From NCBI GenBank assembly GCA_964291475.2, contig OZ220062.1, positions 29,358 to 61,357 of the forward strand: a DNA stretch of 32,000 nt, written 5' to 3'. The notes under the pieces were generated by a model. It worked only from the letters and a program-made list of their open reading frames with translations, ran no database searches and was not told where the DNA came from. Source of the stretch: Dehalococcoidia bacterium (GTDB taxonomy: Bacteria; Chloroflexota; Dehalococcoidia; SHYB01). The position numbers and the translations under genes are program-made. This document shows, piece by piece, positions 29,642 to 32,000 of this stretch (position 1 is its first letter; the number at the start of each line of letters is the position of its first letter).

Positions 29642-30175
29642 CTATGCGCCGCCCTCGAGGAGGACGCTCCGCACCTGGGGCCAGGCCCGTTCGAGGTGGG
29701 CTTCGAGACGCTCCTCGTCGAGGCTTTCGGCATAGGGGTAGTCGATGACCACGAAGGGGTAGTCGGGGTAGCCGTGGCGCTTGGCCATGGTGCGCCCGAT
29801 GGTAAGGATGAGCTTATCGGGGCCGATGGCGGCGACGGGGATGCCGCGGTCCTCGAGCCGGGTCGCGTCGGCCGCAAGGGCCGACGAGCAGGAGCCTCAG
29901 TCGCCGACGCCGGTGATGACGGCGTCGCAAGCGGCGGCGATTTCTTCGAGCAGCTCTGGCGGCATGGGCTCGCCGTGGTAGACCTTCTGCCGCCACGACG
30001 TCTCCAATGGCTCGTACTCCTCGACCAGCCGGTCGCGGATGCGCGTAAGGAGTCGGTCGCCGTGGACGCGGTGGTTCCAGAGGATGCCGACGCGCTTGCC
30101 GTCGAAGGTGTCGAGGCGCGGGGCGAGCCGCGGGCCGCTGTCGCCGGGCTCGGAGACGGGAACGTAGACCTTCAT
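29642..30175 (-). CDS. predicted selenoprotein with U-G-S-C motif (177 aa; TGA at 29899..29897 read as Sec)
   Basis: The track ORF ends ..AVITGVGD-TGA. The same frame continues GSCSSALAADATRLEDRGIPVAAIGPDKLILTIGRTMAKRHGYPDYPFVVIDYPYAESLDEERLEAHLERAWPQVRSVLLEGGA-TAG, 84 codons with near-uniform G/C third positions and no nearby start/RBS for an independent gene. A hairpin begins after a 10-nt spacer downstream of the TGA. From memory, the motif matches the NCBI family name 'UGSC family (seleno)protein'. Confidence 0.7.
29866..29886 (-). promoter_or_regulatory. candidate bacterial SECIS hairpin
   Basis: mRNA: UGA-GGCUCCUGCU-CGUCGGCC-CUUGC-GGCCGACG. An 8-bp perfect stem and a 5-nt loop containing U and G, with the stem starting after a 10-nt spacer downstream of the UGA. 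Confidence 0.45.
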
Positions 30176-30198
30176 CGCGGCGGTTCTCTCCTAGACCG

Positions 30199-31293
30199 CT
30201 ATTCCTTGACCGGCACGGTGACCGGCTCCGTCCCTTGGGGGTAGGGGCCGACGTAGGCGCCGTAGTTCCCCGCCTCGCCGCCGCAGGCCATGATGAGGAA
30301 GTCGAGGGTGCGGTCGTACTCGGCCTGAGTGTAGAGGATATCGATCAGCGCGGGGTCGTGGCGCATGGGGATGAGGTTGGTGTCGTCGCCGGGCTCGATG
30401 GGGGGAGCGGTCGGCGAGAGGCGCGTGCCGTAGCGCTCCCAGCGCCCGTCGACCTTGAGGCTGGCCACCGAGCGGCGGGTGTGCTGGGTGAGGTAGGTCT
30501 TCACGTCGTCCTGCGTCCAGCCGGCATCGATGAAGTGCTGCTGGAAGACCGGGGCCATCATCACCACGAACGTCCCCAGGGTGAAGAAGCCGTAGGCGAT
30601 GCGCTGGGCGATGAGCTCGCAGAGGTCGGTGGGGTCGGTGAAGTTGGGGGTGACGAACTGGAGGACGCCGTCCATGGTGCCGACGACGGTGACGGCGCTG
30701 GTCCCGCCGTCGAGCCCGCGCTGCTGGTGGACGCGGGGCCAGGGACTGTCCTCGCGCTCGGCGGCGCAGAACGACCAGCGGTTGGGGTTCCCCATCGTGC
30801 CGCGCTGGACGCCGCCGACCTTGGCGCCGAAGCAGTTGGCCATGGTCAGGCTCACCGCCCGGCCGATGGTGGCATTGGCGCGGTTCCCCGTCGGGCCGAG
30901 CAGGTACTGACCGGTGTTCATTTCCAGGCGCTCGACGATGGGGCCGTTGACGATGACGAGCGGCCACGGGCTGCCCAGGCTCGCCATGTGGTTCATCCGG
31001 AAGGCGGGGTCGGTCAGGCCCTCGAAGGCGGCGACGAGCACGGGCATGTACTCCGGCTTGCAGCCGGCCATGACGGCGTTGATCGCCAGCTTCTCGGCGG
31101 TGAGAGCGGAGGCGCGGGCCTCGTAGGAGCCGATGACGTCATCGGGGTGGAGGGCGGCGTGGGCGAGGCAGGCCTCGATGCGGTCTTGGGTCGGGGCGAC
31201 GATGGGGAGGCCGTCGGTCCAGCCCTGGTCCCAGAAGTACTCCATGGCGGCGTACTCGTCGGTTACGTCAACCGTGCTCGACCGCAGGTCCAT
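30199..31293 (-). CDS. conserved-looking hypothetical protein (364 aa), first gene of the selenoprotein operon
   Basis: GGAGG RBS, high GC3. N-terminal block YFWDQGWTDGLPIVAPTQDRIEACL and AINAVMAGCKPEYMPVLVAAFEG. I cannot assign a family. Its stop lies 23 nt before the UGSC gene start. Confidence 0.7.
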   Translation of the reverse strand: MDLRSSTVDVTDEYAAMEYFWDQGWTDGLPIVAPTQDRIEACLAHAALHPDDVIGSYEARASALTAEKLAINAVMAGCKPEYMPVLVAAFEGLTDPAFRMNHMASLGSPWPLVIVNGPIVERLEMNTGQYLLGPTGNRANATIGRAVSLTMANCFGAKVGGVQRGTMGNPNRWSFCAAEREDSPWPRVHQQRGLDGGTSAVTVVGTMDGVLQFVTPNFTDPTDLCELIAQRIAYGFFTLGTFVVMMAPVFQQHFIDAGWTQDDVKTYLTQHTRRSVASLKVDGRWERYGTRLSPTAPPIEPGDDTNLIPMRHDPALIDILYTQAEYDRTLDFLIMACGGEAGNYGAYVGPYPQGTEPVTVPVKE

Positions 31294-31325
31294 ACCGGGC
31301 GCCTCCCCGCCGACTCAACCGATGA

Positions 31326-31334
31326 ATTGTAGCA
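31326..31334 (-). promoter_or_regulatory. candidate extended -10 promoter TGCTACAAT for the 31293..22326 gene array
   Basis: Reverse complement of 'attgtagca'. It lies 32 nt upstream of the ATG at 31293. Same 9-mer as at 5636..5644. Confidence 0.45.
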
Positions 31335-31392
31335 AAGGGCGCCGCCCGCTCTGGTAGCGCGGGGGCGGCGATTCTCTTACCATGCCTCCGCC

Positions 31393-32000
31393 ATGCAACA
31401 GCCCTGCGACGGGATAACCGTCGTCGACTTCAGCCAGAGCCTCGCCGGGGCGCTCGCCACGATGTTCCTCGCCGACACCGGCGCCGAGGTGATCACCGTG
31501 GAGCCGCCGGGCGGCGATCCGCTTCGGGCGCACCCCGCTCACCTGCAATGGCGGCGCGGGCAGAAGAGCGTGGTCCTCGACCTGAAGTCGGAGGATGACC
31601 GTCAGACTGCGCGGAGGCTCGCGGCGCGGGCCGACGCGGTGGTCGAGGCGTTCCGCCCTGGGGTCGCCGAGCGGCTTGGTATCGGTTACGAGGCGCTGTC
31701 CGCGGAGAACCCGGGGCTGGTGTACGCGGCGATCCGGGGTTTCGGCGAGCGCAGCCCCTACGCCGGAGTGAAAGGGTACGAGGGGATCGTCGCGGCGAAG
31801 GCGGGGCTGCTGCTGGGGCGGCATCCCTGGCGGCGCGAGGGGCCGATGTTCGACGCCATACCGCGTATGACCCTCGGTGCGGCCCACCTGGCGGCTCAGG
31901 GCGTTTTGGCGGCGCTCTGGGCCCGCGACCGCACCGGCCGGGGTGCCCGGATCGAGGCGACGCTGCTCGCCGGCGCCGCGGCCCACTCGCTCAATGGCTG
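31393..32000 (+). CDS. family-III (CaiB/BaiF) CoA-transferase, N-terminal part (runs off the right window edge)
   Basis: Missing from the ORF track (open-ended). Translation from the ATG at 31393 reads MQQPCDGITVVDFSQSLAGALATMFLADTGAEVITVEPPGGDPLR...VVEAFRPGVAERLGIGYEALSAENPGLVYAAIRGFG, the typical N-terminal Rossmann-like module. Confidence 0.85.
   Translation, partial: MQQPCDGITVVDFSQSLAGALATMFLADTGAEVITVEPPGGDPLRAHPAHLQWRRGQKSVVLDLKSEDDRQTARRLAARADAVVEAFRPGVAERLGIGYEALSAENPGLVYAAIRGFGERSPYAGVKGYEGIVAAKAGLLLGRHPWRREGPMFDAIPRMTLGAAHLAAQGVLAALWARDRTGRGARIEATLLAGAAAHSLNG

Noticed and set aside
1-32000. tRNA, rRNA, tmRNA, RNase P, SRP RNA, transposase/integrase genes
   Set aside because: I saw no T-loop (GGTTCGAATCC-like) or other diagnostic conserved strings, and no ORF with transposase or integrase motifs. 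A covariance-model scan would be needed to exclude small RNAs rigorously.

Overview
Very G+C-rich (roughly 70% by eye) bacterial chromosomal segment. The gene content (cofE + npdG for coenzyme F420, several CoA-transferase/hydratase/SDR genes), extended -10 and near-leaderless promoters, and hairpin repeats that translate as 'RATTRVAPT' suggest a Chloroflexota- or Actinomycetota-like organism. This cannot be proven from the window. I call 31 protein-coding genes. Two are open at the window edges and therefore missing from the ORF track: an S41 peptidase at 1..1116(-) and a CoA-transferase at 31393..32000(+). I found no rRNA, tRNA, CRISPR array or transposase. Many long track ORFs (e.g. 10..1212+, 3901..5391+, 17469..19517-, 25773..27980-) are GC-driven shadows or over-extensions of real genes. 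Main observations: (1) the 92-aa ORF 29897..30175(-) stops at an in-frame TGA directly before G-S-C, and coding signal continues for 84 more codons with a SECIS-like hairpin, so this is a predicted 177-aa 'UGSC' selenoprotein in an operon led by an uncharacterised 364-aa protein; (2) a 65-bp near-identical direct repeat brackets an NmrA-like gene and duplicates a promoter/start region; (3) a tandem-fused double family-III CoA-transferase gene is broken by one frameshift; (4) an orphan extended -10 promoter plus a GAAC-N4-GTTC (Cheo/LexA-type) palindrome faces a structured, ORF-poor 300-nt intergenic region; (5) nearly every larger intergenic region is a mosaic of four short hairpin-repeat families, one with REP-like GTAG/CTAC architecture and compensatory stem changes; (6) two lower-G+C insertions carry a DUF3800 protein next to VapBC and a stand-alone HsdR-N-type nuclease next to an orphan HigA. 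All functional calls rest on motif recognition by eye. No database search was possible.
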